Part shown: positions 10,409-21,047 of the stretch, piece by piece
Layout: the number at the start of each line of letters is the position of its first letter
Numbering within the stretch: the first letter of the stretch is position 1
NCBI GenBank assembly: GCA_963796965.1
Contig: CAWCNS010000002.1
Location: 32,001 to 96,000 of the forward strand
Source of the DNA: Calditrichia bacterium
GTDB taxonomy: Bacteria > Calditrichota > Calditrichia > JAJRVZ01
Direction: 5' to 3'
Length of the DNA stretch: 64,000 nt
The notes under the pieces: generated by a model
Seen by the model: only the letters and a program-made list of their open reading frames with translations
What the model was told of the DNA's origin: nothing
Databases searched by the model: none
Program-made: the position numbers and the translations under genes

Positions 10409-11929
10409 TTATTTTTCCCCCAGACAATAGAGATATCCATTCCGAGCTCCAACATACAATCTTCTGTTATGGACAATTGCGGTGGATTCAATAGCACTTC
10501 TTCCCCATGTATCAAGAAGCTTAAAATTAAGGCTCGTGTCAAACTCAAACAAATAAATACCCTTATACCCGGTTGCAACCAGTTTGTTCCCAACGATTAT
10601 CGGAGTGGATATTGAAGGTCCAATCTGTTTTTTAAATACTAAACGAGGTTGAGGGTATTTGAATTTATTATTGGGGCCATCCACAAACCCGCTCGCCGTA
10701 TCAATCTCCATATGGTTAACCACATATAAAAAACCATCAATACCAATAAATGCAGATAAACCTGGAGCACCGCCATCCCGTGTCGCATCATTGACACTTG
10801 CAGAGCCGATCACCCCCCCCTGCCAGGATACTACGCTATCGTCCTCAACAGGTTGGTACCAAACGACAGATTCTCCCGGAGATTTAGAAGGGTCCAGTTT
10901 AAAGACACCTCCCTTGCCCGAGATATATTGTTTCTCCACAGTGACGAGTAAACATTCATCCTCCGTAACAACAGGAGAACCGTCCATATCCGAACCGATA
11001 TAAAAATCCCATACTAGTTTATTCTGATTCAAATCATAACCATAGACATGACCAGATCCTGCCGTGATGTAAATTTTATTGTTCAACAATGCTGGTGAAG
11101 ATTCGACGACCAGATTTCCCCCATGCCTGATTTGATCATTCTGGTTATATAATTTTAATTGTTGATAAATTTTGGGTTGTAACATCCCGTCCTGTAAAAT
11201 TGCTGAAAGGGGGTTGGGATCAAAAACAGTAAATAGGGCATTTTCCAAACCAATATAGGCAGTACCTCCAATTGTCAGAGCAGAACCATCAACATCTCTG
11301 CTATAACTTGCCGTACGTATCACATCCATCCGCCATAGTTCTTCACCGGAAAAATAAGAGATACCTCTGTAACTGGGCACATATTTTGAGTATAGGTCCT
11401 TTTCATACCCCCGCCTGCTTCCTTGTAAGATCAAAATACTTTGGTCAAGAGTTGGAGATTCCTCATTAATCCAAAGAGTCCCCGTTCCTTTTATAGCATC
11501 GTCAAACTTATTTTGCCAGATCATTTGGCCTGAACTTGCATCAATTTTTCTCAAATGATGATCGAGGGAACTCTGAATCAGGAACAACTTATTATTTTCT
11601 TTTACCAGAAGCGGTTGTCCTGTCCATCCACTACCCGCCCATTCCTTCTCACCTATATTTTTTGATATGACCGTCTTTCCCTTTCCCAGAAAAAATTTCC
11701 AAAGAGGATCTAAACGGTTAGGTGCTTCGTTTCCATAATACTGACGTTTCCAATTACCTAAAAAAGTTCTGTTAATCAACTCAATATTTGATATTTTGCC
11801 TTCAGATAGTTTATTAAAGTCTTGAGCTATAGATTTCTCTGTATAATCCAGAGAAATAATCACTACGATTATTGCCAGGATTAAACTAAACTTCCGGAAT
11901 CGTTTCTTTATCATCAACAATCTGTACAA
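10409..11929 (-). CDS. Secreted PQQ-like beta-propeller repeat protein
   Basis: N-terminal hydrophobic segment; repeated G..W, SSPA/SPV/STP and G.LYCL blade motifs. Confidence 0.7.
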   Translation of the reverse strand: MYRLLMIKKRFRKFSLILAIIVVIISLDYTEKSIAQDFNKLSEGKISNIELINRTFLGNWKRQYYGNEAPNRLDPLWKFFLGKGKTVISKNIGEKEWAGSGWTGQPLLVKENNKLFLIQSSLDHHLRKIDASSGQMIWQNKFDDAIKGTGTLWINEESPTLDQSILILQGSRRGYEKDLYSKYVPSYRGISYFSGEELWRMDVIRTASYSRDVDGSALTIGGTAYIGLENALFTVFDPNPLSAILQDGMLQPKIYQQLKLYNQNDQIRHGGNLVVESSPALLNNKIYITAGSGHVYGYDLNQNKLVWDFYIGSDMDGSPVVTEDECLLVTVEKQYISGKGGVFKLDPSKSPGESVVWYQPVEDDSVVSWQGGVIGSASVNDATRDGGAPGLSAFIGIDGFLYVVNHMEIDTASGFVDGPNNKFKYPQPRLVFKKQIGPSISTPIIVGNKLVATGYKGIYLFEFDTSLNFKLLDTWGRSAIESTAIVHNRRLYVGARNGYLYCLGEK

Positions 11930-12048
11930 TTTTTCTAACCTTGTTCGGACAATCGTTATTATTTTCCGTTAGTGAAAATATCTTATATTCATCTATAATC
12001 ATGTTGGAAAACTATATTTAGGTAATATACGAAGAAAAACGTAAAATT

Positions 12049-12072
12049 AAAAACCCCATAGGTCGGGGCTTT
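12049..12072 (-). terminator. Rho-independent terminator downstream of the sigma factor gene
   Basis: Minus strand reads AAAGCCCC-GACCTAT-GGGGTTTTT, a stem-loop followed by a U-run. Confidence 0.6.
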
Positions 12073-12094
12073 GGGAAACAATACGTTTTTATAC

Positions 12095-12940
12095 TTAACC
12101 GAGGTAGTATCTGAGTACTTTACTGCGGGAACTATGGCGGAGCCGACGCAACGCTTTCTCTTTTATTTGACGTACACGCTCTCTTGTTAATTTAAATTTA
12201 ACACCAATTTCTTCAAGTGTATGAGGTTTTTCACCATCTAAACCAAAATAGAACTTTAATATTTTTGCTTCTCGTCCCGTCAATGTATTAAGGATGTGAT
12301 TAACCTCTTCTTTGAGTGACTCACCCATTATATCAGAATCTGGTTCAGGATCCTGTTGATTTTGAATTATATCGATAAGTCTGCTATCACTATTACGTTG
12401 AAGCGGAGAATCCATTGATATCGACCTGGTCGCCAATTTAATCGTATCAGAAATGTCACCCGATTCAACTTCCAGGACATTGGCAATTTCATCAGGGGTT
12501 GGTTCACGCTCGAACTCCTGCTCCAACATACTATAAACTTTGCCAATCTTTGTTAAGGTTCCAACACGATTCAGAGGAAGCCTTACAAGGCGGGATTGCT
12601 CTGCGATTGCTTGCAGGATTGATTGCTTAATCCACCACACAGCATAAGAGATAAATTTAAAACCACGTGTTTCATCAAATCGGTATGCAGCCTTCATCAA
12701 CCCCAGATTTCCTTCATTAATAAGATCTTCTAAGGTCAAACCATAGTTTTGATAGGACTTTGCAACACTTACAACAAAACGTAAATTGGCACTTACTAGT
12801 CTTTTGAGGGCCTGTTGATCATTCTGCTTTATTTTTTGTGCAAGCTCGATCTCTTCTGCGGGAGTTAGTAACTGTACCTCACCAATTTCTCGTAAATAAT
12901 TTTCCAAAGATTGATTTTTACTTAAAAAAAAGTCGCTCAC
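12095..12940 (-). CDS. RNA polymerase sigma-70 factor, RpoD/SigA-like short form lacking region 1.1
   Basis: YLREIG, ANLRFVVSVAK, DLINEGNLGL, RGFKFISYAVWWIKQ, TRERVRQI. 281 aa. Confidence 0.92.
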   Translation of the reverse strand: MSDFFLSKNQSLENYLREIGEVQLLTPAEEIELAQKIKQNDQQALKRLVSANLRFVVSVAKSYQNYGLTLEDLINEGNLGLMKAAYRFDETRGFKFISYAVWWIKQSILQAIAEQSRLVRLPLNRVGTLTKIGKVYSMLEQEFEREPTPDEIANVLEVESGDISDTIKLATRSISMDSPLQRNSDSRLIDIIQNQQDPEPDSDIMGESLKEEVNHILNTLTGREAKILKFYFGLDGEKPHTLEEIGVKFKLTRERVRQIKEKALRRLRHSSRSKVLRYYLG

Positions 12941-13227
12941 TAACCTGACTCCACGTTATACATTGCATGTTGAGTATATTAGATTTAATATTTTGTATTT
13001 GTTTCTATTAACAGATTTGGTGAAGATTTCCCCCATAATGATGTGGTTATCGAATAAAACCAGACTATTAATAATAGAATTTAAACAATTCCATTTCCAG
13101 ATTGACCAATCCTGGACTCTCAACCAGCATCATTAAAAAACGAACTGTGGGACTACTTTATTTCGTTCTAAACGCTGTTTATAGTTATATCGAGATTTAA
13201 TTTTAACTTGTTAAGCAAGAAAAAGTC

Positions 13228-13548
13228 CTACTCCTCGTCCAATACAACACGTTGATCCCGAATTTGTTCCACTTTTTCTTCCAGCCTTCTAAGGGTTTGC
13301 TCCTTTCCCTCAATTAGACCAACAAGTCTCTCAACATCTGCGTCTTTGGGTATCTCATTCTCCGAACTGCTAACAAAGGACTGATAAACACGTCCTCCCA
13401 ATTCTATGAATGCTTTCTCGATATCTCTTTTTGTCGCAATAATCTCAAGTTTAAGACGACCAATCTTTGTTAGATCACCCGTTTTTTCAGAGACAGAGCG
13501 ATAGTACTCTGCAATATTTTTTTTGACTTTTTTCCACATGGTTTCCAT
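13228..13548 (-). CDS. Hypothetical coiled-coil protein
   Basis: 106-aa ORF with a W..VKK...KT....IGRLKLEI......LG..VY pattern, predicted amphipathic helices. Confidence 0.65.
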   Translation of the reverse strand: METMWKKVKKNIAEYYRSVSEKTGDLTKIGRLKLEIIATKRDIEKAFIELGGRVYQSFVSSSENEIPKDADVERLVGLIEGKEQTLRRLEEKVEQIRDQRVVLDEE

Positions 13549-13699
13549 AGGCGCCGTTAAATATATTAAAATGATCTTTAAATTTCATTTTTTTTACAAT
13601 AAAGAAATTCTTTAAAACTGACGATCCCCGATGCCTATCAGGGTATTTCACCAGTATTATTTCGACACAAATTTCAAAAAACACAATTTCATTTATTTA

Positions 13700-13770
13700 C
13701 CTCTCCCCAACCCTCTCCTAAAGGAGAGGGAGAAATAGGTAACCCCGAGGCAGAGCCTCGAGGAATTCTT
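13700..13770. repeat. Two adjacent REP-like GC-rich palindromes
   Basis: CCCTCTCC-TAAA-GGAGAGGG (13711-13730) and CGAGGC-AGA-GCCTCG (13746-13760). Confidence 0.6.
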
Positions 13771-13870
13771 CTGATTAATGGTCATTTTAAATGGGGTCTT
13801 CCCCGGCAGTGAAAGGGTACATACAAGACCTCTATCAATCTGTTCATTTTAAAGTGCATTCAATCCAGCC

Positions 13871-15056
13871 CTATTCTTTTATCAACGAAATCGATTCTAA
13901 GAAACTTATTCCCCAGGCGGTTTGTTCAACTTGAAAATAAGCTGCTAGCGTCGCCTGCAGATCAGCAAATGATTTGCGAATCCCAAGGTCTATGCCATTT
14001 TTAAATTTTGGTCCGAAGACAAGAAGGGGGACATATTCCCTGGAATGATCTGTACTTGATGTTGTTGGATCATTTCCATGATCAGAAGTAATGATACACA
14101 AATCATCATTTTTCAGATTAGATATAAAGGTCCCCAACCACTGATCAAACACCTTAAGCCCCTGCCGGAAGCCTTCCGAATCATTTCGATGTCCCCAAAG
14201 CATGTCAAAATCAACCAGATTTATCATAATAAGACCATGGTGGTATGTCATAATAGTCTTATCTAATGCTGCCATACCTTCAGTATTCGTCTTAGTATGA
14301 ATACTTGTAGAAATCCCATCATAAGCATACAAATCGTTGATTTTCCCAATTGCGATTGTCGGAATGTTGGAACTATTCAAAATATTTAATATCGTTGCCC
14401 CATGAGGTTTCAGTGAAAAATCTTTTCTGTATTTTGTACGAACAAAATCATCCCTGTTAGTTCCAACAAAGGGTCTGGCTATGACACGAGCAACCGCATG
14501 TGGCCCTGTCAAAAGATCTCGTGAGATCTGACAAATCTCATATAGGCGATCGAGTGGGATTATTTCCTCATGAGTTGCAATTTGGAACACGCTATCGGCA
14601 GATGTATAAATAATTGGTTTGCCGGTTCTGATATGTTCCTCACCCAAATTTTTAATTATTTCTGTTCCGGAGGCTGCATAGTTTCCCAAATATCCAAGGC
14701 CTGTTTCACTCCTGAAATCTCTTCATGATTTGATCAGGAAATCCTTCATGAAAGAGAGGGAAAGGCTTCTCCAAAACCAAACCGCCTAATTCCCAATGAC
14801 CTGTTGTACTGTCTTTTCCCGGTGACATTTCTGCCATTTTACCAAAAGAAGCCAGTGGACTTCCAGGACAGGTCACACCTCCTATGGGATGTATACAACC
14901 CAAGCCAAGACGTGATAAGTTAGGCAATTGAAGACCTGAAGTTACTCTGGAGAGATTCCCCAGAGTATCGCTTCCTGTATCTCCATACTGATTGGCATCA
15001 GGCATTTCACCAACACCAACACCATCAATGATGATAACAAACGCTCTCTTTGACAT
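13871..15056 (-). CDS. deoB: Phosphopentomutase, split by a frameshift at about 14708
   Basis: IIDGVGVG, GKDSTTGHWE, YTSADSVFQIA, RVIARPF, NLVDFD.LWGHRND, DHGNDP, DHSRE. Confidence 0.92.
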
Positions 15057-15235
15057 TTATTTCCTCTGGGATACCGGATAATTTTTGCTGTAAAGAGGAT
15101 TTTATCAAGTGTTTTTGCCAATTATTTTGTACATAATCTGCATCCTATTCATTCGTGATATTCTCAAATATTCAAAATAAAAAATCGAGTATCAAGTATC
15201 GAAAGTTGGGTGTCACGACCCTAACAAATTAAAAA

Positions 15236-17179
15236 CTATTTAATATACAACAATTTCACAACTGCGGTACCATCCTCAGATACAAGTTGCAAAAAATAGG
15301 TACCGCTGTTTACAGAGTTCCCATAGTCGTTGATTCCATTCCATCTCAAATGGTGATACTCTGCCTTATAAAATTGCCAATCAATTAATGTCCTTATTTT
15401 CTGACCAAGAATATTATAAATTTTTAGACTGATTTTTTGTGCACGATCCAAACCAAAAACAATTTTAGTTTCATGATTAAATGGATTCGGCGCATTTTTC
15501 AACAAAGAGATGCCTGATGGTTCAATGCTTTCAATTCGGAGTGAATCAACAAAAACCTCAGTTCCAGATGTCAATTGTGCAGATAAGGTATATGTAAACA
15601 GTTCATTCCCGTTCACCTCATCGTCTGTAACTATATATGATTGGGCGCTTATTCCTGCTTCACGCCCCTCAACATAGATAATTGGCTGAAATATATTCGT
15701 GCTGCTCTTTCGACTTATAATCCAATGATTATTATCAATTTCCCGATCAGCAATCCAGGTTACCGTGTTTTTTCCATATCCAGGGACAACCATAAACTCA
15801 CGAACTGAAACGCCAGGCTTTGTAATAACATTTAAAAATATCTTTTCTAAATCAATCAGACCATAGCCGTGCTGGTTGTCGGGATTATCATAATGTGAAG
15901 CATTTTGGATTAGAAGATCCCGCAGATCGATAGGTGTTAACCCAGGCATAGTTGAGTATAAAACAGCACCTACTCCAGCTGCCAAAGGGCATGAATATGA
16001 ATTTCCGTTGACATATTTATAGCTATCAGTTGTTTGGGGATTTATCGTATATACACCCTGGGCCTGTGCCAACAGATCAGGTTTTATTCTACCATCAGCA
16101 GTCGGTCCTCTAGAAGAACTGTTCCAAAATGTCTCATCCGGCAGGACCCCACCGATGGCAATAACACTATCTCCATCTGCAGGGGCGATTACATATTTCC
16201 AACTTGTTGATCCCTCATTTCCAGCGGAACTAAAAACAGCGACACCCTTTCTCACAGCCAAATCTGCTGCTCTCGTTATAAGCGTAGTATTACCATCCAT
16301 ATCTTCATAGGTATAATCCAAGATATAACCCACCGATGAAGAAATGATATCGGCACCGAGGCTTTCAGCCCATTCAGCTGCTGCGATCCAGTTATCTTCT
16401 TCTGCATGGGTCTCACTTTTCAGGTCCTCAGTCTTGGCGAGAATATAGTGTGACGCATAAGCAGGACCAATAATATTACCCGGTTGATACCCTGCCAGAA
16501 CGCTCAATACTTCTGTACCATGATTATGCTGAGTCGACAGGTCTCCTGATTCATTTTCAACATTATCATCACCATTTATAAAATCCCAGGTGGCAGTCAC
16601 CTCTACATTCTTCAAGGCCTCGTGCTCCAGAATGAATCCGGTATCAAAAACAGCGATAAGGACCCCTTCACCATGGAAACCCAACGAATGTGCAGTTGGT
16701 ATTCCAATCATATTGTTCTGATTGAAAGAGGGTCCATAATCCGGATCATCTGATTTATACAAGTCCTTTTGAAGTGCAGGTTTAAGTGGTGTTCTTATGT
16801 ATGATTTTACCGGCTGGATCTTTTTTACAAAGTTTAATTTTTCTAATTCTTGTACCCTGGTGCCATTCAAGTAACAGCTAACTGCATTTAACCAACGTGA
16901 GGTGTGATGAATTATAATACCCAGATTTTTTAATTGACGAATATAATCTGCAGAAACAGGTTTATCTGTTTCATCAAAGACCTTTAAAGCGCCACGTATT
17001 TCTCTTCTTTTTAATGCTCTCGCAGATATGATCTGTCTTTGGTCATCATCGAGAATAGAATTTATCTTTGAATTTTTATCAGAAAAAAATATCCAGTAAC
17101 GATCAGTATCAATCGCAAATAAATTTCCCAATAAAAAGAATGAAATTAAAACTATCAATTTTAAATGTATCATCGGCAA
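15236..17179 (-). CDS. Secreted S8 (subtilisin-like) serine peptidase with an Ig-like linker and T9SS/FlgD-like C-terminal domain
   Basis: Signal peptide; triad motifs DTG, HGT and GNSYS; SAGNEG; C-terminal NAPNPFN...IYNILGQ...SGTYF...KLLYIK. Confidence 0.88.
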   Translation of the reverse strand: MPMIHLKLIVLISFFLLGNLFAIDTDRYWIFFSDKNSKINSILDDDQRQIISARALKRREIRGALKVFDETDKPVSADYIRQLKNLGIIIHHTSRWLNAVSCYLNGTRVQELEKLNFVKKIQPVKSYIRTPLKPALQKDLYKSDDPDYGPSFNQNNMIGIPTAHSLGFHGEGVLIAVFDTGFILEHEALKNVEVTATWDFINGDDNVENESGDLSTQHNHGTEVLSVLAGYQPGNIIGPAYASHYILAKTEDLKSETHAEEDNWIAAAEWAESLGADIISSSVGYILDYTYEDMDGNTTLITRAADLAVRKGVAVFSSAGNEGSTSWKYVIAPADGDSVIAIGGVLPDETFWNSSSRGPTADGRIKPDLLAQAQGVYTINPQTTDSYKYVNGNSYSCPLAAGVGAVLYSTMPGLTPIDLRDLLIQNASHYDNPDNQHGYGLIDLEKIFLNVITKPGVSVREFMVVPGYGKNTVTWIADREIDNNHWIISRKSSTNIFQPIIYVEGREAGISAQSYIVTDDEVNGNELFTYTLSAQLTSGTEVFVDSLRIESIEPSGISLLKNAPNPFNHETKIVFGLDRAQKISLKIYNILGQKIRTLIDWQFYKAEYHHLRWNGINDYGNSVNSGTYFLQLVSEDGTAVVKLLYIK

Positions 17180-17249
17180 CTAACCTGTTTAGTAATGGTG
17201 GCCAGGTAATAAACAGTCTAGCACCTGGCTATAAAAAATTTAGCCCAGG

Positions 17250-17804
17250 TTAATTAACGTATACACGTTCCATCACCACACGACGCTGTGGTCTCTCCCT
17301 GGGATCGGTTTTTAAACGCCCGATCTTCTCAACAGTTTCCATACCACGAACAACTTTACCAAAAACGGTATAAGCACCATCAAGTTGAGGTAGATCCTGG
17401 AGACATATATAAAATTGACTTCCATTAGATTTTTTTTCCGGATTCATGCGATCCGGCATTCTCGCCGCGGCAACACTCCCCTTCAAATGTAGCAAATTTA
17501 TTTCCGCATCCACCTCATATCCAGGTCCACCTTGTCCATCATTATTAGGGTTGGTATCTTTCGAATTTGGATCACCACCCTGTATTACAAATCCATTGGC
17601 CACACGATGGAATGTGGTTCCACTATAAAACCCTTCTTCAACTAATTTCACAAAATTTTCTGCATGTCCAGGTGCTTTATCATTAAATAATTCTAATTCA
17701 ATTTCACCAAGATTGGTAACAATTACAACATTGGGATTAGCTCCGCAGTTCATCATTAAAACAGGTATAATGATTCCGATTAATATGACCCACATTTTCT
17801 TCAT
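17250..17804 (-). CDS. Cyclophilin-type peptidyl-prolyl isomerase, probable lipoprotein
   Basis: FHRVA.GFVIQGGDP, SQFYI, YTVFGKV; lipobox-like MMNC. Confidence 0.9.
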   Translation of the reverse strand: MKKMWVILIGIIIPVLMMNCGANPNVVIVTNLGEIELELFNDKAPGHAENFVKLVEEGFYSGTTFHRVANGFVIQGGDPNSKDTNPNNDGQGGPGYEVDAEINLLHLKGSVAAARMPDRMNPEKKSNGSQFYICLQDLPQLDGAYTVFGKVVRGMETVEKIGRLKTDPRERPQRRVVMERVYVN

Positions 17805-17881
17805 GATTATTCTTCCTGTGTTATTAAAATATTTACTGTTATTTATTTCATTTGAGTTATTTAAATCTAAATATAAAATTC

Positions 17882-18005
17882 AAGGTGATTTCGGGTCCTG
17901 TCAGCGATGGGACAGGAATTCTACAATTTATCTTATGGCTTAATTCTTTGTTGAGAGAAACTAAAAATTTCTCATTTGCCTAGGGCGCATCCGAAATGAC
18001 ACCTT
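17882..18005. repeat. Miniature palindromic element of the GTCATTTCG...CGAAATGAC type
   Basis: Terminal arms AAGGTG-ATTTCGG / CCGAAAT-GA-CACCTT enclose hairpins TCCTGTC..GACAGGA and GAGAAA..TTTCTC. Confidence 0.6.
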
Positions 18006-18028
18006 CAATAGTACCGGCAACCCATCTC

Positions 18029-18628
18029 TTAGCGGCTACCTGGTTTTTGGATTGGAATTTGTTTTTCACATAAGGGGCAGTCCCCGGCCGGATAAGCCTT
18101 AGTATCCAGTTGAATGACAGAATATTGATCAACCCTAAAATTCACCTCACCATTGCTGCGGTCAACAATAAATCCAACACCTACAACTTCAGCACTATAA
18201 TCTTTTACTACCTCGATCACTTCAAACACCGATCCGCCGGTGGTAACCACATCTTCACACACCAGAACTTTTTCTCCGGGAGAAAATTGAAACCCTCGAC
18301 GCAATTGCATCTTACCATCTTTACGTTCCGCAAATATGGTTCTAATACCAAGTTGACGGCCAACTTCTTGTCCAACAACAATACCACCAATTGCCGGAGA
18401 GATGACTGAATCAATTTCCAAATTGATAAAATAGTCAACTATCTTCTTAGCCAAAAGTTGACTGCATTGTGGATGTTGCAAGACCAGAGCACATTGAAAA
18501 TAATTTGCACTATGTAAACCAGAGGTAAGCCGAAAATGTCCTGAAAGTAATGCCTCGCTCTTTCTAAACATTTCCAATATCTCGTCATCTGTTGATATTT
18601 TTTCCTCTTTTTGATATTCGCATTTCAT
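18029..18628 (-). CDS. pyrE: Orotate phosphoribosyltransferase
   Basis: [11 protein letters not shown] and the [15 protein letters not shown]-binding motif. Confidence 0.95.
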   Translation of the reverse strand: MKCEYQKEEKISTDDEILEMFRKSEALLSGHFRLTSGLHSANYFQCALVLQHPQCSQLLAKKIVDYFINLEIDSVISPAIGGIVVGQEVGRQLGIRTIFAERKDGKMQLRRGFQFSPGEKVLVCEDVVTTGGSVFEVIEVVKDYSAEVVGVGFIVDRSNGEVNFRVDQYSVIQLDTKAYPAGDCPLCEKQIPIQKPGSR

Positions 18629-18662
18629 AATTATAAATTCCTAATTCCCAATTTTTCGTTTA

Positions 18663-19499
18663 TTAATAATTCCAGGATGTATGAATAAGATTAGCCATTT
18701 CATCTACATAATACTTTGCACGCTCCCTTACTTTTTGTGCAAAATCCTTTCTATCTCCTGCATAAATAATATCCCGCCCAATATTGATCAGCAAACCGGT
18801 TCCATTCTTATCTCGTCCATATTTCACCACATCCGCAAAAGAGCCGCCTTGCGCACCTACTCCGGGGACCAGAAAAGGCAGATCCGGTATGGCACCACGT
18901 AATATCTTCATCCCCTCTATATCTTTCGCACTTACCACCAAGCCACAATTCTTTTGAGCATTCCAGGATTCAACTTTTTTCCCCACATACAAATACAAGG
19001 GATCCAATCCGATTTGTAAATGTTGAAAATCCATTGATCCCTCATTAGAGGTTAAAGATAAAATAAAGGCCCCTCTATCTGGATCTTTGATAAATGGTTC
19101 TACACTATCTTTACCCATGTAGGGATTAACTGTAACAGCATTAGCTCCAAATTGCTTAAAGTACCCGGCAGCATACATTTCAGCCGTATGAGGTACATCC
19201 CCCCTCTTTCCATCGAGAATAAGCAATGTATCTTTTGACATCATGGTTTCAAGATCGTTCAACGCTTCTAAACCATTTTGTCCCTCGCTTTCATAATAGG
19301 CCATATTCGCTTTATAAGCGATGGTCAGATCATGGGTGGCTTCTACTATTTCACGGTTAAATATGATAAAGGGGTTCTTTTCATATTTTAAATATGAAGG
19401 AAGTCTTTCCATAGCAGGATCAAGTCCAATACAGAGGAGAGAACTTTTATTTGATATCAGCATATTCAGACGATCGTTGAATGGCAATTTTACTTTCAT
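18663..19499 (-). CDS. pyrF: Orotidine-5'-phosphate decarboxylase (type 2)
   Basis: LCIGLDP, LDGKRGD, VNPYMG, LVPGVGAQGG. Confidence 0.93.
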   Translation of the reverse strand: MKVKLPFNDRLNMLISNKSSLLCIGLDPAMERLPSYLKYEKNPFIIFNREIVEATHDLTIAYKANMAYYESEGQNGLEALNDLETMMSKDTLLILDGKRGDVPHTAEMYAAGYFKQFGANAVTVNPYMGKDSVEPFIKDPDRGAFILSLTSNEGSMDFQHLQIGLDPLYLYVGKKVESWNAQKNCGLVVSAKDIEGMKILRGAIPDLPFLVPGVGAQGGSFADVVKYGRDKNGTGLLINIGRDIIYAGDRKDFAQKVRERAKYYVDEMANLIHTSWNY

Positions 19500-19539
19500 A
19501 AAGAAAATCCCTTCACTATAACATTTTTGTCTTTTTTCT

Positions 19540-20955
19540 TTATTCCTTTTTTTTAAGTATTATCTCCTTTTTGTCTTTCACTACCACAACTGTGCATGAC
19601 AAATCACTTGTAACATTTACAGCCGTTCGAGCCATATCAAGGAACCGTTCTACACCTAGAATTAACGCAATCCCTTCCAATGGAATTCCAATACTCTGCA
19701 GGACAAGGGTTAACATAATAATACCAACCTGTGGCGCACCCGCAGTACCTATTGAAGCCAAAGTAGCTGTCAGGATAATAGTTAATTGGTCCATCAAAGT
19801 TAAATCCATACCATAAACCGTTGCAATGAAAACAGCAGAGACACCCTGAAAAATAGCCGTACCATCCATGTTGATGGTCGCCCCTAAAGGCAATACAAAA
19901 CTGGCCACTTCTGGTTTTGCTTTCAGATTTTCTTCGGCACATTCAATACTCACAGGAAGAGTCGCTGAACTGGAACTCGTCGAAAAGGCGACCAATAATG
20001 CAGGATAAACACCCTGCCAAAATTCGGAGATTTTTAATCCTGTAAACAATTTTATTACGGCACTATTGAAAATAAATACATGAACGGCTAATGCTAAAAT
20101 TGTAGTAATAAAATAACCAAGGAGCGTATAGATAATATGTGTCCCATATTGACCGACAACCGCAGCAACAAGTGCAAAGACGCCATAAGGGGCAAGTTTC
20201 ATGACAAAATGAACCATTTGAATGGTAATATCTGTCACACCTCCAAAAAAAAGTAAGATACTTCTTTTCTTTTCCTCATTTAAATAAGTGACCGCAATTC
20301 CAGCGATGATTGCAAAAAAAATAATTTGCAGCATTTTGCCTTCAGCCATAGATCGGGCTGGGTTCTCCGGTATAATATCAAGGAGCAGATCAACGGTAGA
20401 TGGTCGCTCTACTGCCCTGGCAATTTTATCTCCGGCCACCTGATGATATTCCTGCTGCAATTCTGTACTTATCTCAGCCGGAATATCCGCCCCAGGATTG
20501 ATCATATTTGCTATGGCCAAACCTATCGTAATTGCTACGGCAGTAGAGATTAAATAAAATGATAATGTTCGCACCCCGATTTTTCCTAATTCTTTGATAT
20601 TATTCATACTCGCAGTTCCAACGAGCAATGAAGCGAAAACCAGCGGTACAACTATCATTTTAATTAACTGAATAAAAGCCTTACCCACAGGTAAGAACAC
20701 CTGAATCTGATCACCAAAAACGAGACCAGCTATTATTCCTAAGGCCAGTCCGGCAAAAATTCGTGTATATATTTTGGGATTCTTAAAGTTAAAGATCAGG
20801 TAAAGGCTAGAACCTAAGAATAAAAAACTGAAAAATTGAACAAAATTGGATGGGGGGTCTGGCGATGATTGTAACATTAATAATGTTGCCATAACACAAC
20901 TGACAACTATTAGGATAATCTTAAGATAGTCTGGTAGTGAATCAATCTTTTTCAT
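19540..20955 (-). CDS. Dicarboxylate/amino acid:cation symporter (GltP/DAACS family) with an N-terminal two-TM extension
   Basis: IKMIVVPLVF, AFSTSSSSATLP, GATINMDG, LDMART..NV..D. Confidence 0.9.
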   Translation of the reverse strand: MKKIDSLPDYLKIILIVVSCVMATLLMLQSSPDPPSNFVQFFSFLFLGSSLYLIFNFKNPKIYTRIFAGLALGIIAGLVFGDQIQVFLPVGKAFIQLIKMIVVPLVFASLLVGTASMNNIKELGKIGVRTLSFYLISTAVAITIGLAIANMINPGADIPAEISTELQQEYHQVAGDKIARAVERPSTVDLLLDIIPENPARSMAEGKMLQIIFFAIIAGIAVTYLNEEKKRSILLFFGGVTDITIQMVHFVMKLAPYGVFALVAAVVGQYGTHIIYTLLGYFITTILALAVHVFIFNSAVIKLFTGLKISEFWQGVYPALLVAFSTSSSSATLPVSIECAEENLKAKPEVASFVLPLGATINMDGTAIFQGVSAVFIATVYGMDLTLMDQLTIILTATLASIGTAGAPQVGIIMLTLVLQSIGIPLEGIALILGVERFLDMARTAVNVTSDLSCTVVVVKDKKEIILKKKE

Positions 20956-21047
20956 ATAAGTGTGTCTGTCAATTGCTAGTGTTAGCCAAAAACTAAGAGA
21001 CCTTAAGGAATATTTACGTCTCCTTTAAAACAAACCTGTTTTGGATT

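Noticed and set aside
12095..12940. Short sigma70 as a truncated rpoD
   Set aside because: RpoD-like factors of about 280 aa lacking region 1.1 are normal in FCB-group bacteria, and regions 1.2-4.2 are intact.
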